Assembly: GCA_037441385.1 (NCBI GenBank) | Contig: JBBISH010000013.1 | Span: 1-64,000 of the forward strand | Direction: 5' to 3' | DNA: 64,000 bases | DNA from: Myxococcales bacterium | GTDB lineage: Bacteria; Myxococcota_A; UBA9042 | In this document: one piece after another, positions 19,271 to 28,832 of the stretch | Numbering within the stretch: position 1 is the first letter of the stretch | Layout of the letters: the number at the start of each line of letters is the position of its first letter | Position numbers and translations under genes: made by a program | Notes under the pieces: generated by a model | Told to the model about the DNA's origin: nothing | Databases searched by the model: none | What the model saw: the letters and a program-made list of their open reading frames with translations, nothing else

Positions 19271-21277
19271 ATGCAGGGCAGGATGATGCGCGACGAGCGC
19301 CGCTGGCAACCGGCGCTGCTGGCAGCGATGGTAGGTTGGGCCGGCTGCAGCGACGGCGGCGAGGCCACCCAAGAGCCCAGCCATACCCCGGTGCCGATCC
19401 ACGCCGACGGCAAAGTCCCCGAGGGTTGCCAACCCCTGGCCGAGGACTGGGACTGCATGACGCCCTGGCCCTCGGACTGGTACCGCCAGGGCGACGGTTC
19501 CTTGCGCTTGCCGGCGGCGGCGGCGCCCAAGCACATCGGCAGCGGCGGCAAGGGCGAACCGCTGGACTTCTTTGGCATGTTCCCGCAAGACGGCGCGCCG
19601 ATCCTGCCGCAACTGGCGATTCACCTGCCCGGTGGCGTGGATCCCGCAGGGTTGCTGCCGCCCTACGATGGCCAAAACCTGCGCGTCGACTACTCGCCGT
19701 CGCAAAAGCCGACCTCGACCACGCTGCTTTTGGATGCCGACACCGGCGAGGCCATCCCGCACATTGCCGAAGTGGACGCCCGCCCTGCGGTGCCGGCTGA
19801 ACGGCTGCTGATGCTGAGGCCCATGACGGTGCTGAAGCCGGGCCATCGCTACGTGGCGGCGCTGCGCAAGGGCTTGAAGGACCTGACGGGCAAGGCCCAT
19901 ACAGCCCCAGCGGTTTTTGCGGCGCTGCGCGACAAGAAGGCCCTGGCCAAGGCCGAGCCGTTGCGCGGGCACTGGGAGGCACAAATCTTCCCCGTTTTGA
20001 CCAAGTTCGGCGTGCAACGCGCTGACTTGCTGCTGGCCTGGGACGTGACCACGCGCAGCGAAGGGGTGGCCACCGGCGATCTGCTCGCAGTGCGCAGTCA
20101 GGCCTTGCAAGCCCTTGAAAGCATGGCTTTGGACGCTACCGTGACCCAGGTCTACGAAAACCCGCGCCCCGACCTCGCCCGCCGGGTCGAGGGCGAGCTG
20201 AGCGTGCCCAACTTCATGGCCAGTGATGGGCCCGGCACCCAGGTCGTGCGCGACGCGGGCGGCAAGCCGCTGCAAAAGGGCACGACCAAGGCGGTGTTCT
20301 CGCTGCTCATTCCGCCCAGCGTGTGGACCGGCAAGTTCCCCGGTCCGGTGCGGGTGATCCAGTTCGGCCACGGCTTCTTTGGTACCCAGGCCGAGGCGTA
20401 CGAAGGCTTCTTGCCCGAACTACTCAACGAATACGGGATTGTGGCCATGGCGGTGGATTGGGTGGGCATGTCCAAGCCCGACGCCGGCCAGCTAGTGACC
20501 GACCTCATCTTGAACCCCAACCAGGGGGCACGGTTCATCGAGCGCACCTACCAGGGCTTGATCAATCAGCTTTCGCTGACCTGGGCCGCCAAGCACGGCC
20601 TGTGGCAGCTGCCGCAGGCACATCCCGGCGCGGCCAGCCTGGCCGACCCCGAGCAAGTGTATTTCTACGGCATTTCAATGGGTCACATCTTGGGCGGCAC
20701 CGAACTTGCCATCAACCCGTGGCTGGATCGGGCGGTTTTGTCGAACGGCGGCGCCAGCTTTGGACTGATGATGTCGCGGGCGGCGCCGTTCGGCCCGTTC
20801 CTGGGCATCTTGGAGAACGCCGCCGGCAGCCAAGACGGCGCGGCGCGGCTGGCGCTCTTGCTGCACGGTCCGCTTGAGCGCATCGATCCCGTGAGCTACG
20901 CCGGCCACGTCGTCAGCGACACCTATCCGGGCAGTCCGGCGACGCGCAAGATCCTGATGCACTGTGGACTTTCGGACACCAGCGTGCCCAACCTGGCGAC
21001 CCACCTGCACGCGCGCCTGTTAGGGCTGCCGCTGCTCCAGCCCTCGCCGCGGCAGGTGTTCGGCCTGCAGCAAGTGGCGGCGCCGGCGCCCGCGGCGCTG
21101 AACGAATTCGATTTGAAGACGCCGCCCTTGGACTTGTTGGCTCAGCCGGCCGAGGTCGAAAACTTTGTGCACAACACCCAGCGCACCCTGGCCGCCTCCA
21201 AGAAGCAGGTCGACCTGTTCCTGCGCAAGGACGGCACCGTTCAGCACACCTGCGACGGTGTCTGCGATCCTGAATGA
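19271..21277 (+). CDS. Lipoprotein with Ig-like N-region and alpha/beta hydrolase (lipase-like) domain
   Basis: Lipobox-like WAGC; PWPSD; GHGFFG and GISMG nucleophile elbow. Confidence 0.75.
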   Translation: MQGRMMRDERRWQPALLAAMVGWAGCSDGGEATQEPSHTPVPIHADGKVPEGCQPLAEDWDCMTPWPSDWYRQGDGSLRLPAAAAPKHIGSGGKGEPLDFFGMFPQDGAPILPQLAIHLPGGVDPAGLLPPYDGQNLRVDYSPSQKPTSTTLLLDADTGEAIPHIAEVDARPAVPAERLLMLRPMTVLKPGHRYVAALRKGLKDLTGKAHTAPAVFAALRDKKALAKAEPLRGHWEAQIFPVLTKFGVQRADLLLAWDVTTRSEGVATGDLLAVRSQALQALESMALDATVTQVYENPRPDLARRVEGELSVPNFMASDGPGTQVVRDAGGKPLQKGTTKAVFSLLIPPSVWTGKFPGPVRVIQFGHGFFGTQAEAYEGFLPELLNEYGIVAMAVDWVGMSKPDAGQLVTDLILNPNQGARFIERTYQGLINQLSLTWAAKHGLWQLPQAHPGAASLADPEQVYFYGISMGHILGGTELAINPWLDRAVLSNGGASFGLMMSRAAPFGPFLGILENAAGSQDGAARLALLLHGPLERIDPVSYAGHVVSDTYPGSPATRKILMHCGLSDTSVPNLATHLHARLLGLPLLQPSPRQVFGLQQVAAPAPAALNEFDLKTPPLDLLAQPAEVENFVHNTQRTLAASKKQVDLFLRKDGTVQHTCDGVCDPE

Positions 21278-21284
21278 TAGCGCC

Positions 21285-22112
21285 ATGAACGATACCTTCT
21301 TCTTGTACGGTGCCGGCCCAACGCCGGGCGACCTAGCGCGTGCCTGCCGCGTCTGGCAGCTGCAACCGGGCGCGCTGGAGAGTCTGGGCCCTGCGTACTT
21401 GCCCGATTGCACACCGGTTTGGGCCGACGATGGCCGCGGCGCGGCGCGCCTGTCCGCCACCGCCCACCCGGCCCACTTGCTGCCCGGCCTTTTGCTGCAG
21501 GCGAGCGCGGCTGGCGCCACCCACCTGCGCGGCAGCGGCGACTGGAGCGAAGTGGCCACGTTGCGGAACGACGGTCGCGTGGTCTGGGCCTGGACCTGCG
21601 GCGTGTGCCGCGAGGCGTGGCCGGTGCGCCCAGACCCGGTGCAGGTCGACCGGGTTCGCACGTTCCTGAACGTGTGGGGAATCGACGCGACCCCAGTGCT
21701 GCACGCCGCCGCTGGCGAGCCAGTGCCCCCCCTGAGCGACGTGTTTGCCTACGGGACCCTGCGCCACGGCGAGCCCAACGCGCCCCTGCTGGAGCCGGCG
21801 AGCGTTGAGCCTGGCTACATGAGTGGACGATTATGGAGCCTGGGCGCCTACCCGGTGCTGACTCCGGCGGCCGAGCCCGACCGGGTCCTTGGCGAGCTGC
21901 GGCATTGTCCAGACCTGCCGCGGCGCCTGCAAAAACTGGATGAATTGGAAGATTTTACCGGCTACCACGCCCAGTCGATGTACTGGCGGGTGCTCGGCCA
22001 AGTGCACACCCACGCCGGCGATCGGCTGGCCTGGCTGTGGCAGATGAACGACGTGCCCGCGGGCGCCGTGGCGATTCCCAGCGGCGACTGGCGCGATCGT
22101 AACCTGGCTTGA
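21285..22112 (+). CDS. Gamma-glutamylcyclotransferase family protein
   Basis: VFAYGTLR...LDELE...SGDW in the C-terminal half. Confidence 0.75.
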   Translation: MNDTFFLYGAGPTPGDLARACRVWQLQPGALESLGPAYLPDCTPVWADDGRGAARLSATAHPAHLLPGLLLQASAAGATHLRGSGDWSEVATLRNDGRVVWAWTCGVCREAWPVRPDPVQVDRVRTFLNVWGIDATPVLHAAAGEPVPPLSDVFAYGTLRHGEPNAPLLEPASVEPGYMSGRLWSLGAYPVLTPAAEPDRVLGELRHCPDLPRRLQKLDELEDFTGYHAQSMYWRVLGQVHTHAGDRLAWLWQMNDVPAGAVAIPSGDWRDRNLA

Positions 22113-22124
22113 TTTTGCGAGAAT

Positions 22125-22754
22125 CTATCGACGCCGGCGGCGGCGGCGCTTGCCTGTGGGGGCGTTGGCATCGCCCTCGTCGCCGTCTTCGTCCCCGTCG
22201 CCCTCTTCGCCGCGCACCGCAACGGGCGCGACGACCAGACGGCGGCTGTCGTGGCTGCCGTGAACTTGCGCTTGCACGCCGGCCACTTTGCCCACCTGGT
22301 GCGACAGAATCCGCAGGTCCATCTGATTGAGCGGCCCCAGGGCGATGGCCTTGCCCAGTAGCAGCGCTTTTTGCGCCAGGGCTTCGGCGACTTTGTCGAT
22401 CCCCTCGGGCCGGCGCCGGCGAAAGCCCTCGGCGTCCAGCGATAAGCGGGTGCGCTGCAGGGCCATCTTGTTGACGGCCTTGTTCAAGATGAATTGCAGG
22501 GCTTCCAGCACCCGCGTGTCGCCCTGTGGCTGCAGCTGCGGGTGGATGTCGGCCAGGTGCACCACGATTTGCTCGTCTTCTACGGCCACATCGATGCGGG
22601 GCTGACCGGCGCCGAGCAGCTCGAACATGCGGGCGGCGGTGTCGCGGGCGATCGTGACCTTTTCGTCCAAAGAGACGTGCAGCCGCAAGCCACCGCCCTC
22701 TTCGTCGTCGGCATCAGGGCTGGGCGCAGTTTCGAGCTCGGGCGCGGTCGTCAT
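22125..22754 (-). CDS. jag: Jag/KhpB (EloR)-like RNA-binding protein, degenerate KH plus R3H
   Basis: LEALQFIL, LDAEGFRRRR, RILSH, RRLVV; canonical position after yidC. Confidence 0.75.
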   Translation of the reverse strand: MTTAPELETAPSPDADDEEGGGLRLHVSLDEKVTIARDTAARMFELLGAGQPRIDVAVEDEQIVVHLADIHPQLQPQGDTRVLEALQFILNKAVNKMALQRTRLSLDAEGFRRRRPEGIDKVAEALAQKALLLGKAIALGPLNQMDLRILSHQVGKVAGVQAQVHGSHDSRRLVVAPVAVRGEEGDGDEDGDEGDANAPTGKRRRRRRR

Positions 22755-22795
22755 GAATTCCCCCTATGGAACAAACTACGGAAGGGCACTCAAGT

Positions 22796-24694
22796 TTAGG
22801 TGGCGGGCTTGCCGGCGGGCACATCGCTGCGCTGCATGACCAGGGTCTGGACCACGGACAGCGCCGTGTTGATCAGGATGTACAGAGTCAGGCCAGAGGG
22901 CAACCCCAGCATCATCGCGGTGAACAGCACCGGCATGAAGTACAGCATCATCTTCTGCTGCGCCGGATCGCCGCCCGCCGCCTGCGGCGTCCACTTCTGC
23001 TGCAGGAACATCACCACGCCCAGCACCAGCGGCAGCACGTAGTACGGATCCTTTTGCGTCATGTCGCCGATCCACAGGAACAGCGGCTGGTTGAACAGCG
23101 AGACCGAGGCGTTGATGCTGCGATACAGCGCGATGTAGATCGGCATCTGCAGCAGCAGCGGGAAGCAGCCGCCCACCGGGTTGACGCCGTGCTGCTTGTA
23201 CAGGTCAAACGTCACGCGGTTGAGCTCGTTGGGGTCCACCGGCTTGCCCAGCTTCTTGGCGCGGGCTTCCAAGTCGGCGCGCGCCTTGTCGATTTCGGGC
23301 TTGAGCTGGCTCATCTTCTTCATCGATTTCATCGAGCGCATGGTGATCGGCCACAGCAGCGCCTTGACCAGCACCGTCAGGATCAGGATGGCCACTGGCC
23401 AGCTGCCCGACACCGAGAAACCCCAGCCCAGCACCGCCAACATCGGCCGGGCGATGGTGCCGAACCAGCCAAAATCAATGGCTTCGACCAGCTCGGCCTT
23501 GGCGGGGCGCAGCAAGTCCACGTCCTTGGGGCCGGTGTACAGGCTCCAGTGCCAGCTTTGGCCGTGGGCGATCTTCTGATCTTTGCCACAAGCCGGGTGG
23601 CCGGTCGCAGCAGCCAACGCCGGGTCCACACAGGCGTTTTGCGCCACACCCAGCGTCGCCGGCGCCAGCTTCAGCCGGGCCACCAGCACGCCATTGCCTA
23701 CGGCTTGCAGGCGCGCGTCGTTCTGGGCGGCAAAGCCGCGCTCGGGCGCCGAAGCCAGCAAGAAGTAACGGCTATCTACGCCCAGCCACGCCGGCAGTCC
23801 CACGCGGGTGCGGTCGGCCAGCTCGGCCGAGGCCAGCGCGTTGGCGTCGAAACGGACGGTCTTGTCGCCCACCAGCATCGCCGCGCTTTTCAGGTCCGGC
23901 GGCGCCGAGAACATGGCCATCAGGCCGCTGGCGTGCTCCGTGCCGTGAAAGGTGGTCAAGTCGTGGGCCAGCGTCACCGTCGCCTGGGCGTTGCCCACGT
24001 TGTAGACGGCGACTTCCAGCTGCAAGCTGTGCGGCAAGTCTGGACCCGCCATCGAGAAACGCTTGATCAGGTAGATCGGGCTGGCCACGCGCTGCGGGTC
24101 GGGCCAGGCCAAGGCCACGCTGCGATCGGTCTTTTCGACCACGCCCCACAGCGGGTCGAGCAACGTGTAATCTTTCAAGCGCTTGGCCAGCAGGGCGCCA
24201 TCCGACTTGGCCGTGATCGGCTGGTCGCCGGCGTCGACGCTGTCAAAGAAGTCGCGGAAGGGATCCCACTTGGCGTCCCACGAGTCGACCAGCTCCAGCG
24301 GCCCCGCCTCGAACTTGGCGGCAGCCCAGGCGGGCGGATTGGCGACCGGCGGGGTGCGGGCGGCGAGCTTGAACTGGGGGTCCAGCAAGCGGATCGACTC
24401 GATGCCGCCGTAGCAGGGCGACACGGTCCACTGCACCTTGGCCGACTTGAGCACTTGGCCGGGCGTACCGGGGCGGCACGGTCCGGCCGGCGGCAACATC
24501 ACCTTGACGATCGCGGCGTTACTTGGCGTCGGCGCGGCAGGGGCCGCCACCACCGCGCTGGCAGGGGCGGGGGCCGCCACAGGCGTCGCCGTGTCCGCGG
24601 CGGGCACCTGAGCCAGCGCTGGCGTGGCGCTGAATACGGCGGCGATCAAGCCCAGATAGCCAATGGTTCTATACGATTCCTGCATCAGATTCAT
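22796..24694 (-). CDS. yidC: Membrane protein insertase YidC
   Basis: GVNPVGGCFPLLLQMPI, DPYYVLP, LPSGLTLY; large periplasmic domain. Confidence 0.95.
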   Translation of the reverse strand: MNLMQESYRTIGYLGLIAAVFSATPALAQVPAADTATPVAAPAPASAVVAAPAAPTPSNAAIVKVMLPPAGPCRPGTPGQVLKSAKVQWTVSPCYGGIESIRLLDPQFKLAARTPPVANPPAWAAAKFEAGPLELVDSWDAKWDPFRDFFDSVDAGDQPITAKSDGALLAKRLKDYTLLDPLWGVVEKTDRSVALAWPDPQRVASPIYLIKRFSMAGPDLPHSLQLEVAVYNVGNAQATVTLAHDLTTFHGTEHASGLMAMFSAPPDLKSAAMLVGDKTVRFDANALASAELADRTRVGLPAWLGVDSRYFLLASAPERGFAAQNDARLQAVGNGVLVARLKLAPATLGVAQNACVDPALAAATGHPACGKDQKIAHGQSWHWSLYTGPKDVDLLRPAKAELVEAIDFGWFGTIARPMLAVLGWGFSVSGSWPVAILILTVLVKALLWPITMRSMKSMKKMSQLKPEIDKARADLEARAKKLGKPVDPNELNRVTFDLYKQHGVNPVGGCFPLLLQMPIYIALYRSINASVSLFNQPLFLWIGDMTQKDPYYVLPLVLGVVMFLQQKWTPQAAGGDPAQQKMMLYFMPVLFTAMMLGLPSGLTLYILINTALSVVQTLVMQRSDVPAGKPAT

Positions 24695-24712
24695 TCCAAG
24701 TGGCGGCAGACG

Positions 24713-25045
24713 TCACGGCACTGGGTGATGGGGATGGGCGTGCGGCGGCTGCAAGTCCGGGTCGCCATGGGTCGGCGCAAAGCGACCGGGAGGCGGAAAA
24801 TCCACCCCGCCAGCGCAGAGCGGCTGACAGCGCAGCAGGCGCCAGGCAATCAGCGGCAGAGCCCGGTAGACCGGGTGCCCGCTCAGGGCCAAGAGCGCGT
24901 ATTGCGAACAAGATGGGTGAAAGCGGCAGGCCGGTGGCAAAAGCGGCGACAGCACCCGGCGGTAGCCCGCCACCATGGCAGCCAGCAACCACGCCACGGG
25001 GCGGCGCGGCGGCGGCATCGGTGCCAAGGGATCGGCGGTCGTCAT
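24713..25045 (-). CDS. yidD: Membrane protein insertion efficiency factor YidD
   Basis: SPLLPPACRFHPSCSQYA...RLLRCQP...GGVD; ATGA overlap with rnpA. Confidence 0.9.
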   Translation of the reverse strand: MTTADPLAPMPPPRRPVAWLLAAMVAGYRRVLSPLLPPACRFHPSCSQYALLALSGHPVYRALPLIAWRLLRCQPLCAGGVDFPPPGRFAPTHGDPDLQPPHAHPHHPVP

Positions 25046-25710
25046 GGCGTGGCGCCCCGCTGGGGCCGGCGATCGCCCGGCGATCGGCTGCGGCGCTCGC
25101 GGTCGAGATTGCTGCATACATAGTCGAAAATTTTCGACATTTCTGCACTCACCTCGGCAAGGCCCGCCATCGGCCAGGGGATGCGCGCCAGGACCACCAC
25201 GTCGACTCCGGTCAGGGCTGGGACGCGAAGTGCACGGAATGCCTCGCGAATCAGCCGACGCATACGTGCCCGTGCCGGCGAATTTCCGGTCTGCTTCGAC
25301 ACCGACAGCCCCAGGCGCGCGCCGCCGGTGGGCTCTGCCGAACGCCGCTGGGCGACCACCTGCAGATGAGCCCCGCGGCCGCGCCAGCCGTGCTGCAAAA
25401 CCGCTTTGAATTCGCGCTGAAGGAGGATGCGGTCGCGGCGTCCAAAGCGCCCGGTCGGGCGGCCCGCCAGCGGTGCTGGTGCCCCAGTCGGCGACGCACG
25501 ATTCAGCGGCGCACGATTCAGCGGCGCGCTTTCCAGAGGCTCTCCGGCCAGTTGCCCACTTTGCAGCGGCGGCCTGGCGCAGGTTGGGCTCGCGGATGTG
25601 GCCGCGGACTCAGACAAAGCGGATGCGGGCGCATCGGAGTCGAGCGCAGGCTGGGTCAAACCCACTGCCAACGACCCCCGGTCAGGACCCAGCGGACCCG
25701 AAACGGTCAC
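25042..25710 (-). CDS. rnpA: Ribonuclease P protein component with long N-terminal extension (start uncertain)
   Basis: RLGLSVSKQTGNSPARARMRRLIREAFR and DVVVLAR; lies between rpmH and yidD. Confidence 0.85.
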   Translation of the reverse strand: MTVSGPLGPDRGSLAVGLTQPALDSDAPASALSESAATSASPTCARPPLQSGQLAGEPLESAPLNRAPLNRASPTGAPAPLAGRPTGRFGRRDRILLQREFKAVLQHGWRGRGAHLQVVAQRRSAEPTGGARLGLSVSKQTGNSPARARMRRLIREAFRALRVPALTGVDVVVLARIPWPMAGLAEVSAEMSKIFDYVCSNLDRERRSRSPGDRRPQRGATP

Positions 25711-25722
25711 GACGGGTGCCGA

Positions 25723-25869
25723 CTAGTGGGTCGAGACCGACAGACGCAGGCGGCCCTTGGCGCGGCGACGGTTGATCACGGCGCGGCCGTTCTTGGTCGC
25801 CATACGGGCGCGGTAACCGTGGGTGCGCACTCGGCTGGTGGCGCTGGGATTACGAAGTCCTTTCTTCAC
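25723..25869 (-). CDS. rpmH: 50S ribosomal protein L34 (not in ORF track), 48 aa
   Basis: GTG start with [55 protein letters not shown]. Confidence 0.93.
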   Translation of the reverse strand: MKKGLRNPSATSRVRTHGYRARMATKNGRAVINRRRAKGRLRLSVSTH

Positions 25870-25944
25870 GATACGTTCCTCGGTTGGGGCACCGACCGGA
25901 TGTCGGCACAGGGGGCAGTAATGTAGCAGGCTTCGCGGCCGTTG

Positions 25945-27072
25945 TCACGCCTTCGTTTCAGTCAGCTTGCGCCGGCCCAGCTCGGGCGGTCGCGGCGGCA
26001 GCGGCGGCCAACTCGCCGGCAGGGCCAGTCCGGCCTGCGCGCCAAGTGTGCCAAGTGCCCGTAACCAGGTGTATTGTGCCAGCCAGGTCGCCCGCCACGG
26101 GTCCTGACAGCCCGCCACCAGGCAAGCACTGTGCAGGGCAAACCGGCGCACGGTCTTGTGCGGCATCGGACGCAAGCGGTCGCGGGCGCGCTCTAGGCTG
26201 CGCTCCCAGGCGCTGGCGGCCGGCAGCTGTTGCTCCAAGTCGCCGTCGCCCAGTTGGCGAGCCGCCGTGCGCAGCGCGTGCACGATGGGCCGCTGCAGGT
26301 GCCAACGCTGCGCCCGCAGCCACAGGGCCGGCCAGTCGAGCTCGCCGATCTGCGCGGCCAACAGGCCGATGTCCAAGGTCCAAAGCGGCCGCTCAAAATT
26401 GTGCGCTGCAGCGTGGCCGGCCAGGTAAAGGAGTTCGTCGGCCGGGTCCAGCAACAGTCCCGTCCACGTGCCGTGCGGCAGCGTCACCGTCGCGGTTTGC
26501 GCCGCCTGCAGCAGTTCGTCGCCGGGCATGACGGTGCCAAAGGCGTGCAGGGCGTCAAAGTGCAGCTCCAGCGGCACTTGCGCCGGCCCCAGCAGCGTCA
26601 GGTGGTGGTGGTGCCGCAAGTCCGCGGCGTTCTTGGCCGGCGTCGGATCGCGATAGCCCAGTTGACCCAGCACGTCCAGAGCTGCCGCCAGATCGCGCCG
26701 CTCCACCAACAGGTCCACGTCCGTCGAACGCCGCACCAGGGGCGCCGGATACAAGCGCGCCGCCAGCAGCGGTCCTTTCAGCGGCACGGCCGCGATCCCC
26801 GCCTCGGCCAGGGCCTGCAAGCTGGTCAGCGCCGCCCGCCGCAAGGGCGCCTGCTCCGATTCGGCCACCAGCGCCTGCCCCACGGCTTGGCGCAGCAGCG
26901 GCTTGTCGACGGTCAGGCGATCGGCTTCGGCCAGGGCGACCACCAGCCCCTCTAGGCCCAGTTGCGCGCCCACTTGCAGCCAGTCCGAGGCGCTTTGCGG
27001 GCGACGGTGCTCCAAGGCCAAGTCTGGAGCGGCGGCGATACGCTGCAAGACCTCAAGATCGCTTGGCAACAT
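25945..27072 (-). CDS. Nucleotidyltransferase family protein (NTP_transf_5 type)
   Basis: LKGPLLAARLY...R.STDVDLLV...LELH...D motif series. Confidence 0.8.
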   Translation of the reverse strand: MLPSDLEVLQRIAAAPDLALEHRRPQSASDWLQVGAQLGLEGLVVALAEADRLTVDKPLLRQAVGQALVAESEQAPLRRAALTSLQALAEAGIAAVPLKGPLLAARLYPAPLVRRSTDVDLLVERRDLAAALDVLGQLGYRDPTPAKNAADLRHHHHLTLLGPAQVPLELHFDALHAFGTVMPGDELLQAAQTATVTLPHGTWTGLLLDPADELLYLAGHAAAHNFERPLWTLDIGLLAAQIGELDWPALWLRAQRWHLQRPIVHALRTAARQLGDGDLEQQLPAASAWERSLERARDRLRPMPHKTVRRFALHSACLVAGCQDPWRATWLAQYTWLRALGTLGAQAGLALPASWPPLPPRPPELGRRKLTETKA

Positions 27073-27215
27073 CGCCACCTGCTGCGGGCGCCGGCCTAGC
27101 CCCCTTGTCACACGATACTGCCGCCCCGCCCGTGCCGCCAATGCCCGGTCTGTCTCCACCCCAGCGGTGACGCGATCTTTCTTGCCCTGGCGTGCGCAAT
27201 GCGGCATGGTGGACG

Positions 27216-28625
27216 ATGGGGTCGCAAGCCCCGCCGGAGGTCAGCGTGGGCATCACCTTGGTCGAGAAAGGCGATCGGTCGCGGCCGCGGCCCCATGCCA
27301 AAGTTGGACTGGTCTTGGCGGGTGGCGCAATCTCGGGCGGCGCCTTCAAAATCGGCGGTCTCATCGCGCTGAACACCTACCTGGGCAACCGCTCGGTGGT
27401 CGACTTTGACATGTACCTGGGCCTATCGGCCGGCGCGTTCCTGGCAGCGCCCATGGCGGCGGGGATCGGCCCCGAAGAGCTGCTCAAGTCGATCGATGGC
27501 AGGTCTAAGAAGATCAGTCAGTTCCGCCCCACGGACTTCTATCGTCCCAACTACGAAGAATTCCTGACCCGGCCGTTCCGGCTCTTGCGCGACAGCTCGG
27601 TGGTCGTGCCCTCGTTCTGGCACTCGGTGGGCCACCACTTGCGCCACCACCGGCCCGAATTGATCACGGCCATCCGCGACTTCATGCAGCGCCCTGGCGC
27701 GCGCACGGCCGAGGCTGTGGTGGCGCCGCTCATCGAGGACACGGTCTTGCGCACCGGTCTGGCTTCGGGCCGCAGCTATTTGCCGTCGGGCCTCTGCGAC
27801 AACCGCGGCATCGAGCGCTTCATCCGCGAGAACCTGAAAGCCAATGGCGTGCCCAATGATTTTCGCCTGATGCACCTAGAGCGCGGCAACTCGCTGTACA
27901 TCGCGGCGACTCACCTGGACACCGGCGGCGACGTGCTGTTTGGCCACGATGCCGAAACCGGGGCGACGATTAGCGAGGCGGTTCAAGCCTCTACCGCGAT
28001 TCCGGGCTTCTACCGGCCGCCGATGATCCGCGGTCAGCACTACTTGGACGGCGGCGTCCGCCGCACGGCCCACATGAGCCAGGCGGTGGATCGAGGCGCG
28101 CAATTGCTGTTCGTTTACAACCCGTTCCGTCCATTCGTCAACTATCGCACCGATCAACTGCTCAACGGCAAAGCCTCGCTGGCCGACATGGGCTTTGCCA
28201 CCGTCATCAACCAGGCGTTTCGCACCCTTTTGCACACCCGCTTGATGCTGGGCGTAGAAAAGCTGCAGGTCAATCCAGACTTCCACGGCGATGTGATCGT
28301 GCTGGAGCCCAGCGAGACGGACGTGAAGTTCTTCAACACAAATCCCCTCAACTTTTGGGAGCGCGCCGAGTCGGCTCTGCACGGCTACCTGAGCGCGACC
28401 GAGGCCTTGGAGCGCTACCACGATCGCATCAAGGTCATCCTGGAAAGCTACGGGATCAAGACCGATATCGGCCGAATGCGCGAGCGCGTGGAACGCATCC
28501 GCCGCAGCGACTACGACAGCCGCGCCATAATGAAAGAGCTGAGCCGCGAGGTGCACGTGGCGCCCACGGACCGCCGCCGCGAGCAAGGGCCCAACCTGCG
28601 GGTCGTGCGCGGTGCCGGCGGCTAG
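27216..28625 (+). CDS. Patatin-like phospholipase
   Basis: LAGGAISG, GLSAG, ASTAIPG, DGG. Confidence 0.88.
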   Translation: MGSQAPPEVSVGITLVEKGDRSRPRPHAKVGLVLAGGAISGGAFKIGGLIALNTYLGNRSVVDFDMYLGLSAGAFLAAPMAAGIGPEELLKSIDGRSKKISQFRPTDFYRPNYEEFLTRPFRLLRDSSVVVPSFWHSVGHHLRHHRPELITAIRDFMQRPGARTAEAVVAPLIEDTVLRTGLASGRSYLPSGLCDNRGIERFIRENLKANGVPNDFRLMHLERGNSLYIAATHLDTGGDVLFGHDAETGATISEAVQASTAIPGFYRPPMIRGQHYLDGGVRRTAHMSQAVDRGAQLLFVYNPFRPFVNYRTDQLLNGKASLADMGFATVINQAFRTLLHTRLMLGVEKLQVNPDFHGDVIVLEPSETDVKFFNTNPLNFWERAESALHGYLSATEALERYHDRIKVILESYGIKTDIGRMRERVERIRRSDYDSRAIMKELSREVHVAPTDRRREQGPNLRVVRGAGG

Positions 28626-28832
28626 ATTCGGACGATTCGCGCCCTCCCCTACCTTCGCGCAAAGCGGTGACGTCTGCCGGATCCGCGCCGGGGCCGCCGC
28701 GGCATGGCTGTACAAGCCCTCGGGCTCGACCTAGACTTTAGCCATGGTTGGGTACTTTCCGCCCGCCGCCACCCCGCCGCGCATCCCAGGGCGGTGGGGC
28801 GGCATCTATGCCAGACGTGGCATCGGGGCCCG

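Noticed and set aside
17740..19982. Long versions of the amrA (612 aa) and amrB (554 aa) ORFs
   Set aside because: Extensions overlap other genes and lack homology; trimmed to starts at 18321 and 19136.
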